A DNA stretch of 32,290 nt, taken from assembly GCA_903928285.1 (NCBI GenBank), contig CAIYQH010000620.1, forward strand, positions 1-32,290, given 5' to 3'. This document shows positions 1 to 7,819 of the stretch, one piece after another. The position numbers were made by a program, and so were the translations under genes. The DNA is from an uncultured Bacteroidales bacterium. GTDB taxonomy: Bacteria > Bacteroidota > Bacteroidia > Bacteroidales > FEN-979. Below the pieces are notes generated by a model, which was not told the origin of the DNA, ran no database searches, and saw only the letters and a list, made by a program, of their open reading frames with translations. Every line of letters starts with the position of its first letter. Positions within the stretch are counted from its first letter, which is position 1.

Positions 1-1
1 C

Positions 2-64
2 AATGCAGGCAATGCAGGCAATGCAAACAATGCAAAGAATACTGACAGTGCAGGCAATTTAAAT
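2..64 (+). repeat. Degenerate 9-bp in-frame tandem repeat (about 7 units, AATGCAGGC-like), encoding an N-A-G type low-complexity linker
   Basis: Units are 2-10 and 11-19 aatgcaggc (identical), 20-28 aatgcaaac, 29-37 aatgcaaag, 38-46 aatactgac, 47-55 agtgcaggc and 56-64 aatttaaat. The array is in frame with the downstream propeller ORF and may continue upstream of the window. Confidence 0.7.
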
Positions 65-1300
65 AGTATGGCAGTGCAGGCGAAGGGGGCTGATACGGTC
101 AGTCAGACTGTGGGAAAGGTGGTGGATATGGATGGTTATCCGTCGGAGAAGGAACTGGCGGCCAATTTTCCCTCCTTTCGGGGACCGGGGGGCAATGGTG
201 TTGCTTTCCGGAAAAATATTCCTGCCGTTTGGGACGGTAAAAGTGGTAAAAACATCAGGTGGAAAACAGCAATCCCATTGCAGGGCTACAATTCACCCAT
301 TATCTGGAACGACCGGGTATTTATTACCGGGGCCAGTGAGACCAGCCGGGAAGTATACTGTGTTGACCTGAATTCAGGGAAAATCTTATGGAATACCCCG
401 GTGAAGGAGATCCCTGGCTCGCCTGAAAAGGCACCTTCGGTAAACAGGGAAACCGGCCAGAGCGCCCCGACCATGACCACCGACGGCCGGAGGGTTTATG
501 CCATTTTTGCCAACGGAGATCTTATAGCCCTCGGTTTTGACGGTAAAAAAATATGGGCAAAAAATCTGGGGCTTCCCGCCAACCACTATGGCCATTCATC
601 GTCGCTCATTATGTACCACGACCGGCTGATTATCCAGTACGACCAGCGGGGCTCGGGCAGCGTGATGGCCCTGGCCGGCAAGACCGGCGAGGTGGTATGG
701 AAATCCAGCAGGAGTGTCAAAATCTCGTGGGCATCCCCTGTACTGGTCAATACCGGCAAGCGGATGGAACTGATCCTGGCAGCTGATCCGTTGGTGGCTT
801 CCTACAACCCGGCCGATGGGAAAGAGCTGTGGAAGATGGAATGTATCTCGGGCGAGGTCGGACCCTCTGTAGCCTATGCCGACGGGGTGGTGTTTTCGGT
901 TAATGACTATGCCAAACTGGCTGCCGTGGAGATAGGAGAGAGTCCTAAACTGCTGTGGGAGGATAATGAATACCTGTCGGATATCCCCAGCCCGCTTGCT
1001 ACAGGGAAATACCTCTTTATGGCGACAAGCTATGGTACCGTGGTGTGTTACGATGCACGGAAGGGAACAAAATACTGGACCCATGAATACGACACCCCCA
1101 TTTATGCCTCGCCGATGCTGGCCGATGGAAAGGTATTCCTGCTCGATAAAAAGGGGAACATGCATATTATTAAACCGGATCAGACCTTTGCCGTTGTCGG
1201 TGAATGCCCGCTGGGCGAAGGATCCGTTTGTACACCCGCCTTTGCCGATGGTAAAATCGTGATCAGGGGGGACAAGAATTTGTATTGCATAGGGAAGTGA
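2..1300 (+). CDS. PQQ-like / BamB-like beta-propeller repeat protein, probably 5'-truncated by the window edge
   Basis: The frame of the 68..1300 ORF stays open back to nt 2 with no stop (N-A-G-N-A-G-N-A-N-N-A-K...). From the Met at 68 there is no signal peptide, which argues for an upstream start. Repeated ...G(K/E)xxW... blades (SGKILWNT, GKKIWAKN, GEVVWKSS, GKELWKME, TKYWTHE) and a PSFRG motif are shared with the second propeller at 7819. Confidence 0.75.
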   Translation, partial: NAGNAGNANNAKNTDSAGNLNSMAVQAKGADTVSQTVGKVVDMDGYPSEKELAANFPSFRGPGGNGVAFRKNIPAVWDGKSGKNIRWKTAIPLQGYNSPIIWNDRVFITGASETSREVYCVDLNSGKILWNTPVKEIPGSPEKAPSVNRETGQSAPTMTTDGRRVYAIFANGDLIALGFDGKKIWAKNLGLPANHYGHSSSLIMYHDRLIIQYDQRGSGSVMALAGKTGEVVWKSSRSVKISWASPVLVNTGKRMELILAADPLVASYNPADGKELWKMECISGEVGPSVAYADGVVFSVNDYAKLAAVEIGESPKLLWEDNEYLSDIPSPLATGKYLFMATSYGTVVCYDARKGTKYWTHEYDTPIYASPMLADGKVFLLDKKGNMHIIKPDQTFAVVGECPLGEGSVCTPAFADGKIVIRGDKNLYCIGK

Positions 1301-1326
1301 AGCAGGCCTAAATGGCGGTAAAAGCA

Positions 1327-1334
1327 TAGATTTG
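1327..1334 (+). promoter_or_regulatory. Candidate Bacteroidota-type -7 promoter box (TAGATTTG = TAnnTTTG)
   Basis: Exact match to TAnnTTTG in the 148-nt gap between the propeller and MaoC genes. There is no clear TTTG -33 element, and the leader would be long (115-142 nt). Confidence 0.3.
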
Positions 1335-1448
1335 CAAAAAAATCACGATGTCATAGTAACATTGGCAGCAGTGATGATCTGAAAAGCATGCCGGCACTGT
1401 CATTAGAGAATTTAAGGTTGTTTCCTTTCATGGGATTCATTCTAGTAA

Positions 1449-1940
1449 TTGATGGTTGAAACAAAATACAGAGAGATGAGTAAGTTGATAATTAACAGTT
1501 TCGCAGAGTTTGAACAATTCATCGGCAAGGAATTGGGCATATCCGGTTACCTTAAGATAACCCAGGAACAGATCAATAAATTTGCGGAGGCAACCATGGA
1601 TCATCAGTGGATTCATGTGGATACGGAACGGGCTAAGACTGAAAGCCCCTATAAAACCACCATCGCACATGGCTACCTGAATCTGTCGGTATTGCCATTT
1701 TTATGGGACCAGATCATCGAGGTAAACAACATCAGGATGCTGGTGAACTACGGGATCGAAAAACTCCGGTTTAACCAGCCCGTGCTGGTCGACAGTGAAG
1801 TCAGGGTCAGGGCGAAACTGGCCTCGATCATCAACCTCAGGGGAATCGCCAAGGCAGAGGTCAATGTTTCCCTTGAGATCAAAGACAACCGGAAAACCGC
1901 CTTTGATGCGACTGTGGTTTTTCTGTATCACTTTATCTGA
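1449..1940 (+). CDS. MaoC-like (R)-specific enoyl-CoA hydratase / hotdog-fold dehydratase
   Basis: Motif run ITQEQINKFAEATMDHQWIHVDTERA...TIAHGYL is typical of MaoC dehydratase domains, and the size is about 155-163 aa. An alternative start is the Met at 1476 (MSKLII...). Confidence 0.8.
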   Translation: MMVETKYREMSKLIINSFAEFEQFIGKELGISGYLKITQEQINKFAEATMDHQWIHVDTERAKTESPYKTTIAHGYLNLSVLPFLWDQIIEVNNIRMLVNYGIEKLRFNQPVLVDSEVRVRAKLASIINLRGIAKAEVNVSLEIKDNRKTAFDATVVFLYHFI

Positions 1941-2029
1941 CAGCGGAATTAAACCCGGGAACATGGTTTTTTCTTTCCGTGGATGATCATGATCGATAAC
2001 CGGGATAACCGGGAAAATAAATAGTAACC

Positions 2030-3811
2030 ATGAAAACAAACGGCAGGGTTGGATTCTGGCGTCGCCTAGCGGCGTTCTGGATCGATCTATTCGTTATCTA
2101 CTCGCTGGCAAAGGGGGGCATCGTATTGCTGTCGCTGATGGCCTACCGGATTCCCTTTGAAGCCCTGTTTATTGTCTCCGGAGCCATTTATTCGGTAACC
2201 ATGCTTTCATGGTACCGGCAAACAGCAGGCAAGATGCTCCTGAAAATGGCGGTAACCGAAAAAAAGGACGAACCGGTTCATTTCAGGGATATCCTGCTGC
2301 GAGAGGTTTTCGGCAAATGGGGAACAACCCTGTTGCTACCGGTCCTCCTGGGAATGCTTTTTATGAAGGGCCGCTGGCTCCCTACGGTTTCCGCCCTCGA
2401 AGTCATGGTGCCGGTGGCATTGGTAAATTTAATTTACTACCTGTTTGCCAAACGAACCTGGTATGATGTTCTGGCAGGGATGACCATGAAAAGGGATCCG
2501 GAGCTGAAAAAGGTTAAAACCGGTTTTATTATCCTGGTCGCTTCCGCCCTCCTGGGAATAGGTACAACCTCGGCCGAGTTCCTGGTAACGGGCCGCATTC
2601 CCTGCCGTATGGCTGCTTTCCAGAGTTTCACCTCTGCAAAACCCTATGTGAGGTTTCTGAAAAAACAAAAGGCAACTCCCGTTGATTACGTGATGGGACT
2701 CTTTGAGAATCATGACGTGGTGGTGCTGTGCGAACGGGCTCACCCGGAGATGACACAGTGGGACTTTATCTTTGATGTTGTTAAGGATCCCCGTTTTATC
2801 GAAAAGGTGGGGCATGTTTTCACCGAATATGGCCAGACGGGCATCCAGGAGGATCTCGATAAATTCATGATGACCGACAGCCTGAACGATACGGAGGTGA
2901 AGGCCAATGTGCTGCACCTGATGCGCAACCTGGGCGTCTGGCCATCATGGACCAATAATAACTTCAACCTTTACCTGAACCGGCTCTATCACCTGAACCA
3001 GACCCTGTCGCCCGAAAACCGTATACAGCATCACTTTTCCGACGGGGCCGTCGACTGGTCAGCCATCAGGAGGGTGAGTGATTATAAAAAATACCAGAAG
3101 AATATTGTCTGGAACCGCGACAGTATCATGGCCGGAACGGTCATCACGGGAATGAAAAACATTGCCGAAACCTCCGGGAAACCAGCGAAATGCCTTGTTA
3201 TCATGAATTACCGCCATGGTATGGATCTGACCGACCGGCTGCCCTACGTACCCAGGGTAAACGCCTATGAATTCATGGAAGACAGTTTTGGCAACCGTGC
3301 AGCCAATGTGCTGATCAATACCAGGTTCCTCCTGTCGGTTCCCCTGGCGGGCGGCGTTTGGGATGCCGCCTTTGAGCAAAACGGTAACAGGGCGGTGGGC
3401 TTTGATTTCAGGGGATCGCCCTTTGGAATTTGCGGTTTTGACCTGTTTCCGTTTAACAACCTGCTCAAACCGGGCCATACCCCTTCGTCGAACGGCTCGC
3501 TGCGGTACAGGGATGTATTTACAGGCTTTGTATTTACCCACCCAGTGAAGGATCAATACCTTCAATCCAATATTGCCGGTTATTTTGACGGTTTTGAAAC
3601 TGAATATATCCGCAGGATGGCATGCCTGGATCCCGGCTATAAGCAGGCAGCCGAAGAGGAGATGAAAGATCTCCGTAACCGGGATGCCGACGGGATCAGG
3701 AAGCATGTGGAATTCACCATAGAAACAATGGTTGAGCTCTGTTTTTATGGTTTTGCCGCAATTGGCCTGCTGATCGGCCTGGGGGTGTTTCCCTTCAGGA
3801 GGTTTATATAA
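2030..3811 (+). CDS. RDD-family membrane protein fused to a large (about 400 aa) uncharacterised domain with a C-terminal TM anchor
   Basis: The N-terminus has RRLAAFWIDLFVIY, TAGKMLLKMAV and KRTWYDVLAGMTM, which is the RDD pattern with 3-4 TM helices. The C-terminal domain contains HDVVVLCERAHPE and CLVIMNYRHGM motifs. The final hydrophobic helix is ELCFYGFAAIGLLIGLGVF. Confidence 0.7.
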   Translation: MKTNGRVGFWRRLAAFWIDLFVIYSLAKGGIVLLSLMAYRIPFEALFIVSGAIYSVTMLSWYRQTAGKMLLKMAVTEKKDEPVHFRDILLREVFGKWGTTLLLPVLLGMLFMKGRWLPTVSALEVMVPVALVNLIYYLFAKRTWYDVLAGMTMKRDPELKKVKTGFIILVASALLGIGTTSAEFLVTGRIPCRMAAFQSFTSAKPYVRFLKKQKATPVDYVMGLFENHDVVVLCERAHPEMTQWDFIFDVVKDPRFIEKVGHVFTEYGQTGIQEDLDKFMMTDSLNDTEVKANVLHLMRNLGVWPSWTNNNFNLYLNRLYHLNQTLSPENRIQHHFSDGAVDWSAIRRVSDYKKYQKNIVWNRDSIMAGTVITGMKNIAETSGKPAKCLVIMNYRHGMDLTDRLPYVPRVNAYEFMEDSFGNRAANVLINTRFLLSVPLAGGVWDAAFEQNGNRAVGFDFRGSPFGICGFDLFPFNNLLKPGHTPSSNGSLRYRDVFTGFVFTHPVKDQYLQSNIAGYFDGFETEYIRRMACLDPGYKQAAEEEMKDLRNRDADGIRKHVEFTIETMVELCFYGFAAIGLLIGLGVFPFRRFI

Positions 3812-3828
3812 TATCTGGAATTGGAAGG

Positions 3829-6186
3829 ATGATGATTACCGCACAGCATATTACCGAAAAAGTTGACCAGATCGTCGCCCGGCACGGGGTGGCGGCGGAT
3901 GCCGTGATTCCCATCCTGCAGGATATCCAGCAGGCATTCAACTATCTGCCGGCAGAAGCGCTGAAACGGGTTTGTGAAACAACCGATATAACCCCATCGC
4001 GCATCTCAGGGATCTCCACCTTTTACAACCAGTTCCGTCACCAGCCGGCAGGGGTGCACCGCATCCAGGTATGTACAGGGACCGCCTGCCATGTGAAGGG
4101 AGCCCAGTTTGTCTATGAGGCCTTCAGGCGGGAGCTAAAGCTGAAGGACCACGAAGATACCGATGCCGCGATGCTCTTCACCATCGAAAAGGTAGCCTGC
4201 CTGGGCTGCTGTACCCTGGCTCCTGCCATCAGGGTCGATGAGGTTACCTATGGCCATGTTGAACCTGAAAAAGTTGGGGAGATCCTGAAGGATTTCCTTA
4301 CGAAAAACCAGACGGGGAGCGATACCGGCTTTGAGGTTAGAGGAAACAGAAAAGACTACCAGGGAGAAATACGCATCGGTCTCGGCTCATGCTGCGTGGC
4401 AAGCGGCAGCGCCGAGGTGAAGTCGGAACTCGAAAAAACCCTCTCAAGGGCGAACATCAGGGCCAATGTGCAGCAGGTTGGCTGCGTGGGAATCTGTAAC
4501 CAGGTACCCATTATGGAGATCATCAAACCCGGCGAATTACCTGCCTTTTATGCGAAGATAAAACCGGAGGAGGTCAGGGAGGTGCTGCTCAGCCATTTTA
4601 AACCGGAGGGTTATTATAACCGCATGCGCAACGGCTTCTTTAATATTTTTGATAACCTGCTGGCCGATGGCGCCCCGAAATCGTTCAGGAAATATATGGG
4701 CGAACAGCGCGACAGTCCGCTTTCAAAATTCCTGGGTCCACAGGTCAACATCGCCACAGAGAACAGGGGAGTGACCAACCCTGTTGATCTTCAGGGGTAC
4801 CGCGCAACAGGCGGGTTTGAATCCCTGATGAAATGCCTTAACACGATGTCACCGCAACAGGTGGTGGAGAAGATCGGCAGCAGCGGATTACGCGGACGCG
4901 GGGGCGCGGGATTCCCGACAGGCCTGAAATGGCAGATGGTCAGGGATGCGGGGGCACCTGAAAAATTTGTGATCTGTAACGGCGACGAGGGCGACCCGGG
5001 TGCCTTTATGGACCGTGTGCTGCTCGAATCCTATCCTTTCCGCATTATCGAAGGGATGCTGATTGCCGCCTATGCCACCGGGGCGACCCATGGCCTCTTT
5101 TACATCCGGGCTGAGTACCCGCTGGCCGTGATGCGGATCACAGAAGCCCTCGATACCTGCAGGAAAAACGGGATTGTCGGAGCCAATATCCTGGGGTCGG
5201 GATTTTCTTTTGAGATAAGGGTCTTTGGCGGAGCCGGAGCCTTCGTTTGCGGGGAGGAGACCGCCCTGATCGCCTCAGTCGAAGGAAACCGGGGACTTCC
5301 GCGGATGCGGCCGCCCTATCCCGTTGAAAAGGGATTGTGGGGCAAACCCACCCTGATCAACAATACCGAAACCCTGTCGATGGTTCCCTGGATCATTCAT
5401 CACGGGGCACCCGCCTTTGCTGCGATCGGAACAGCCGGCAGCAAGGGGACAAAGGTCTTTGCCCTTGCCGGGAAAGTCAAGCGGGGCGGCCTGATCGAGA
5501 TCCCGATGGGGATCACCATCCGGCAGATTGTGGAGGAGATTGGCGGGGGCATTGCCGGGGATAAACAATTCAAGGCCGTTCAGATCGGCGGCCCATCGGG
5601 AGGTTGTCTGCCCGCCTCATCCGCCGGGATGCCGATCGATTTTGAAGCGCTGAAACAGGCCGGAACCATGATGGGCTCCGGGGGACTGATTGTGCTGGAC
5701 GAGTCGGACTGCATGGTCGACATGGCCCACTACTTCCTCTCCTTTACCCAGAACCAGTCGTGCGGAAGATGTACCTTCTGCCGGATCGGGACCCGCAGGA
5801 TGCTCGAACTGCTCGACAAAATCAGGAACGGTCACGGCACAATGGATGACCTGAAAAATCTGGAAAAACTTGCTGTAAGCATAAGCCGCGGAAGCATCTG
5901 CGGCCTCGGCAAGACAGCCCCCAACCCGGTACTCACCACGCTTCATTATTTCCGCGATGAATATGAAGCCCATCTCGAGGGACATTGTCCTTCGGGCAGG
6001 TGCCTGCCGCTGATTCATTACGAGGTTGACAAAAGCTGCATCGGCTGCACCAAGTGTGCACAACGCTGTCCCTCAGATGCAATTGCCTTTAAACCTTATG
6101 AAGTTCACGCGATTGACCTTGAGAAATGTATAAAATGCGATATATGCAGGCAGATTTGCCCGGTAAATGCCATCACAGTTCACTGA
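3829..6186 (+). CDS. Fused NuoE-like [2Fe-2S] / thioredoxin-like ferredoxin / NuoF-like NADH- and FMN-binding / 2x[4Fe-4S] ferredoxin protein (HydB/HndC-type, 51-kDa-subunit family)
   Basis: NuoE-type cysteines are VCTGTACHV and VACLGCCTLAP. A second Cys-bearing Trx-like segment has GSCCVASGS and VGCVGICNQVP. NuoF signatures are GLRGRGGAGFPTGLKW, CNGDEGDPGAFMDR, and CGRCTFCRIG plus ICGLGK. The C-terminus has CIGCTKCAQRCP and CIKCDICRQICP. Confidence 0.9.
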   Translation: MMITAQHITEKVDQIVARHGVAADAVIPILQDIQQAFNYLPAEALKRVCETTDITPSRISGISTFYNQFRHQPAGVHRIQVCTGTACHVKGAQFVYEAFRRELKLKDHEDTDAAMLFTIEKVACLGCCTLAPAIRVDEVTYGHVEPEKVGEILKDFLTKNQTGSDTGFEVRGNRKDYQGEIRIGLGSCCVASGSAEVKSELEKTLSRANIRANVQQVGCVGICNQVPIMEIIKPGELPAFYAKIKPEEVREVLLSHFKPEGYYNRMRNGFFNIFDNLLADGAPKSFRKYMGEQRDSPLSKFLGPQVNIATENRGVTNPVDLQGYRATGGFESLMKCLNTMSPQQVVEKIGSSGLRGRGGAGFPTGLKWQMVRDAGAPEKFVICNGDEGDPGAFMDRVLLESYPFRIIEGMLIAAYATGATHGLFYIRAEYPLAVMRITEALDTCRKNGIVGANILGSGFSFEIRVFGGAGAFVCGEETALIASVEGNRGLPRMRPPYPVEKGLWGKPTLINNTETLSMVPWIIHHGAPAFAAIGTAGSKGTKVFALAGKVKRGGLIEIPMGITIRQIVEEIGGGIAGDKQFKAVQIGGPSGGCLPASSAGMPIDFEALKQAGTMMGSGGLIVLDESDCMVDMAHYFLSFTQNQSCGRCTFCRIGTRRMLELLDKIRNGHGTMDDLKNLEKLAVSISRGSICGLGKTAPNPVLTTLHYFRDEYEAHLEGHCPSGRCLPLIHYEVDKSCIGCTKCAQRCPSDAIAFKPYEVHAIDLEKCIKCDICRQICPVNAITVH

Positions 6187-6187
6187 T

Positions 6188-7819
6188 ATGGTAAAATTAA
6201 CCATCGATCAGGTTCCTGTTGAGACCCTGGAAGGGGTAACCATCATGGAAGCAGCTGCCTCCGTAGGAATCTCCATTCCCTCCATGTGCTATAAACCGGG
6301 ATTTTCAAATCATCCCTCCTGCATGGTATGCATGGTGAAGGAGGTGAACCGCGACCAGTTCCTTCCCTCCTGTGCCATGCCGGTTTCGGAGGGGATGAAC
6401 ATCCTTACCGCGAGTGCAGAGGTAGCGGAGGCCCGCAAAGAGGCGCTGGAACTGCTGCTCAGCGACCATATCGGCGATTGTGAAGCCCCGTGCCGGCTCA
6501 CCTGCCCGGCCTTTATGGATATTCCGTTGATGAACCGCCTGATAGCCGGCGGCGATTTTTCAAGGGCGCTGAAAATCGTCAGGGAGGAGATCGCCCTGCC
6601 GCTGATCCTGGGATTTATCTGCCCGGCGCCATGCGAAAAGGCCTGCAAAAGAAAGACCATCGATTCGGCAGTCTCCATCTGCCTGTTAAAACGTTCAACC
6701 GTTCAGCAGGATGAACAGGCCGGTAACACTTTTCCTGCTCCGGCTGCAACCAATGGGAAACAGGTTGCCATTATCGGCACCGGGCCCGCCGGTCTTGCAG
6801 CAGCTTTTTACCTGCTCCGGTCGGGCCATGGCTGTGTATTGTTTGACAAGACTGAGAAGGCCGGCGGCACCATGCGGTATGGGATTCCCGCTGAACACCT
6901 CCCGGAAGAGGTCCTGGATGCCGAAATTGGCATTATCAACCATATGGGGGCTGAATTCCGATTAAATACCACTGTTGACGCAGAGTACTTCAATGCCGCG
7001 GTTTTACCCGTATTCGATGCGGTCATCCTGGCCAGCGGGCGCCAGGATTCAACGCTGGCTGAGCTCTTTGGCATCCAGCCAGATGCGGCGGGCTCTTTTA
7101 TCGATAAAAAACAGTTCACCACCAGCCTCCCCGGTGTGTTCGCCTGTGGCAATGTTATCAGGGAACAGCGAATGGCGGTTCAATCGGTTGCCCAGGGGAA
7201 GATGGCGGCCCTGGAGGTTGAAAAGTACCTGGGGACACATCATCAACAACCGATGAATGAAAAGCCGGGAAATACGGCATTAACTCGGGGCGACATGGCA
7301 CCACACAAGAGAAGTTCCGTGTCGGTAACCGGCCACCTGTTTGAAACGGAATGGCAGGAATATTTGAAGGAAAGTACAAGAGACGACTGGGTAATCCCTA
7401 CCGGGGATGTAATGGGCAGCTTCACCAGGGAAGAGGCCATCAGTGAAGCAAAGCGATGCCTGCATTGCGATTGCCGCAAACCGGCGAGCTGCAAACTGAG
7501 GCATTATTCCGACGAATACGGGGCCAGTCGGAAGCGGTATGCCGGGCCCGACAGGAAAGGGATCACCCGGTCGATCGAGCACGAAACGGTAGTCTATGAA
7601 AAGGAGAAGTGTATTCGTTGCGGGTTGTGTGTTGAATTCGCGGAGGCGAAAGGGGAACCGATTGGGCTTACCTTTGCCGGAAGAGGTTTTGACGTGCATA
7701 TAACGGTACCCTTCGGCGAAACCATTCGCGAAGCGCTAACCGTTGCAGCGACAGTATGCGTGGAGGCGTGCCCTACGGGTGCCCTGGCATTCAGAAACCA
7801 AGAGGAAAGAGACATCTGA
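6188..7819 (+). CDS. Fe-S flavoprotein: NuoG-like N-terminal [2Fe-2S] + GltD-like (glutamate synthase small-subunit-like) Fe-S/FAD domain + C-terminal Cys clusters
   Basis: I chose the start at ATG 6188 (MVKLTIDQ...), 1 nt after the upstream TGA; the ORF-track start at 6167 would overlap by 20 nt. The 2Fe-2S motif is an exact C-x10-C-x2-C-x13-C (C34, C45, C48, C62). The GltD N-terminal pattern is CEAPCRLTCP...ICPAPCEKAC. There is a single dinucleotide fold, VAIIGTGPAGLAAAFYL...AGGTMRYGIP, and a C-terminal FAD motif, LPGVFACGNV. Late clusters are CLHCDCRKPASC and CIRCGLCVEF...CVEACPTG. Confidence 0.8.
   Translation: MVKLTIDQVPVETLEGVTIMEAAASVGISIPSMCYKPGFSNHPSCMVCMVKEVNRDQFLPSCAMPVSEGMNILTASAEVAEARKEALELLLSDHIGDCEAPCRLTCPAFMDIPLMNRLIAGGDFSRALKIVREEIALPLILGFICPAPCEKACKRKTIDSAVSICLLKRSTVQQDEQAGNTFPAPAATNGKQVAIIGTGPAGLAAAFYLLRSGHGCVLFDKTEKAGGTMRYGIPAEHLPEEVLDAEIGIINHMGAEFRLNTTVDAEYFNAAVLPVFDAVILASGRQDSTLAELFGIQPDAAGSFIDKKQFTTSLPGVFACGNVIREQRMAVQSVAQGKMAALEVEKYLGTHHQQPMNEKPGNTALTRGDMAPHKRSSVSVTGHLFETEWQEYLKESTRDDWVIPTGDVMGSFTREEAISEAKRCLHCDCRKPASCKLRHYSDEYGASRKRYAGPDRKGITRSIEHETVVYEKEKCIRCGLCVEFAEAKGEPIGLTFAGRGFDVHITVPFGETIREALTVAATVCVEACPTGALAFRNQEERDI

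Noticed and set aside
6167-6187. ORF-track start at 6167 for the GltD-like gene (MPSQFTD...)
   Set aside because: It would overlap the upstream gene by 20 nt. The ATG at 6188 gives the typical NuoG-type N-terminus (MVKLTIDQVPV...) and starts 1 nt after the upstream stop. I preferred 6188, although 6167 cannot be excluded.
7756-7818. ORF-track start at 7756 for the second beta-propeller (MRGGVPYGCPG...)
   Set aside because: The extension lies inside the upstream gene and precedes the signal peptide with a non-signal-like sequence. ATG 7819 yields a canonical signal peptide and a stop/start overlap.
3829-7819. Annotating the NuoE/NuoF-like genes as respiratory complex I (nuo operon) or as an [FeFe]-hydrogenase
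   Set aside because: Only E/F-type and GltD-like modules are present. No nuoA-D or nuoH-N genes are present, and there is no H-cluster motif-bearing catalytic subunit or molybdopterin subunit in the window. The fusion architecture is HydB/HndC-like rather than complex-I-like.
3829-7819. Selenocysteine (TGA) recoding in the redox genes
   Set aside because: Both ORFs are continuous with no internal in-frame TGA. The TGA at 6184-6186 is followed by a new ATG in a different frame with a proper N-terminal domain. No SECIS-like hairpin was noticed.
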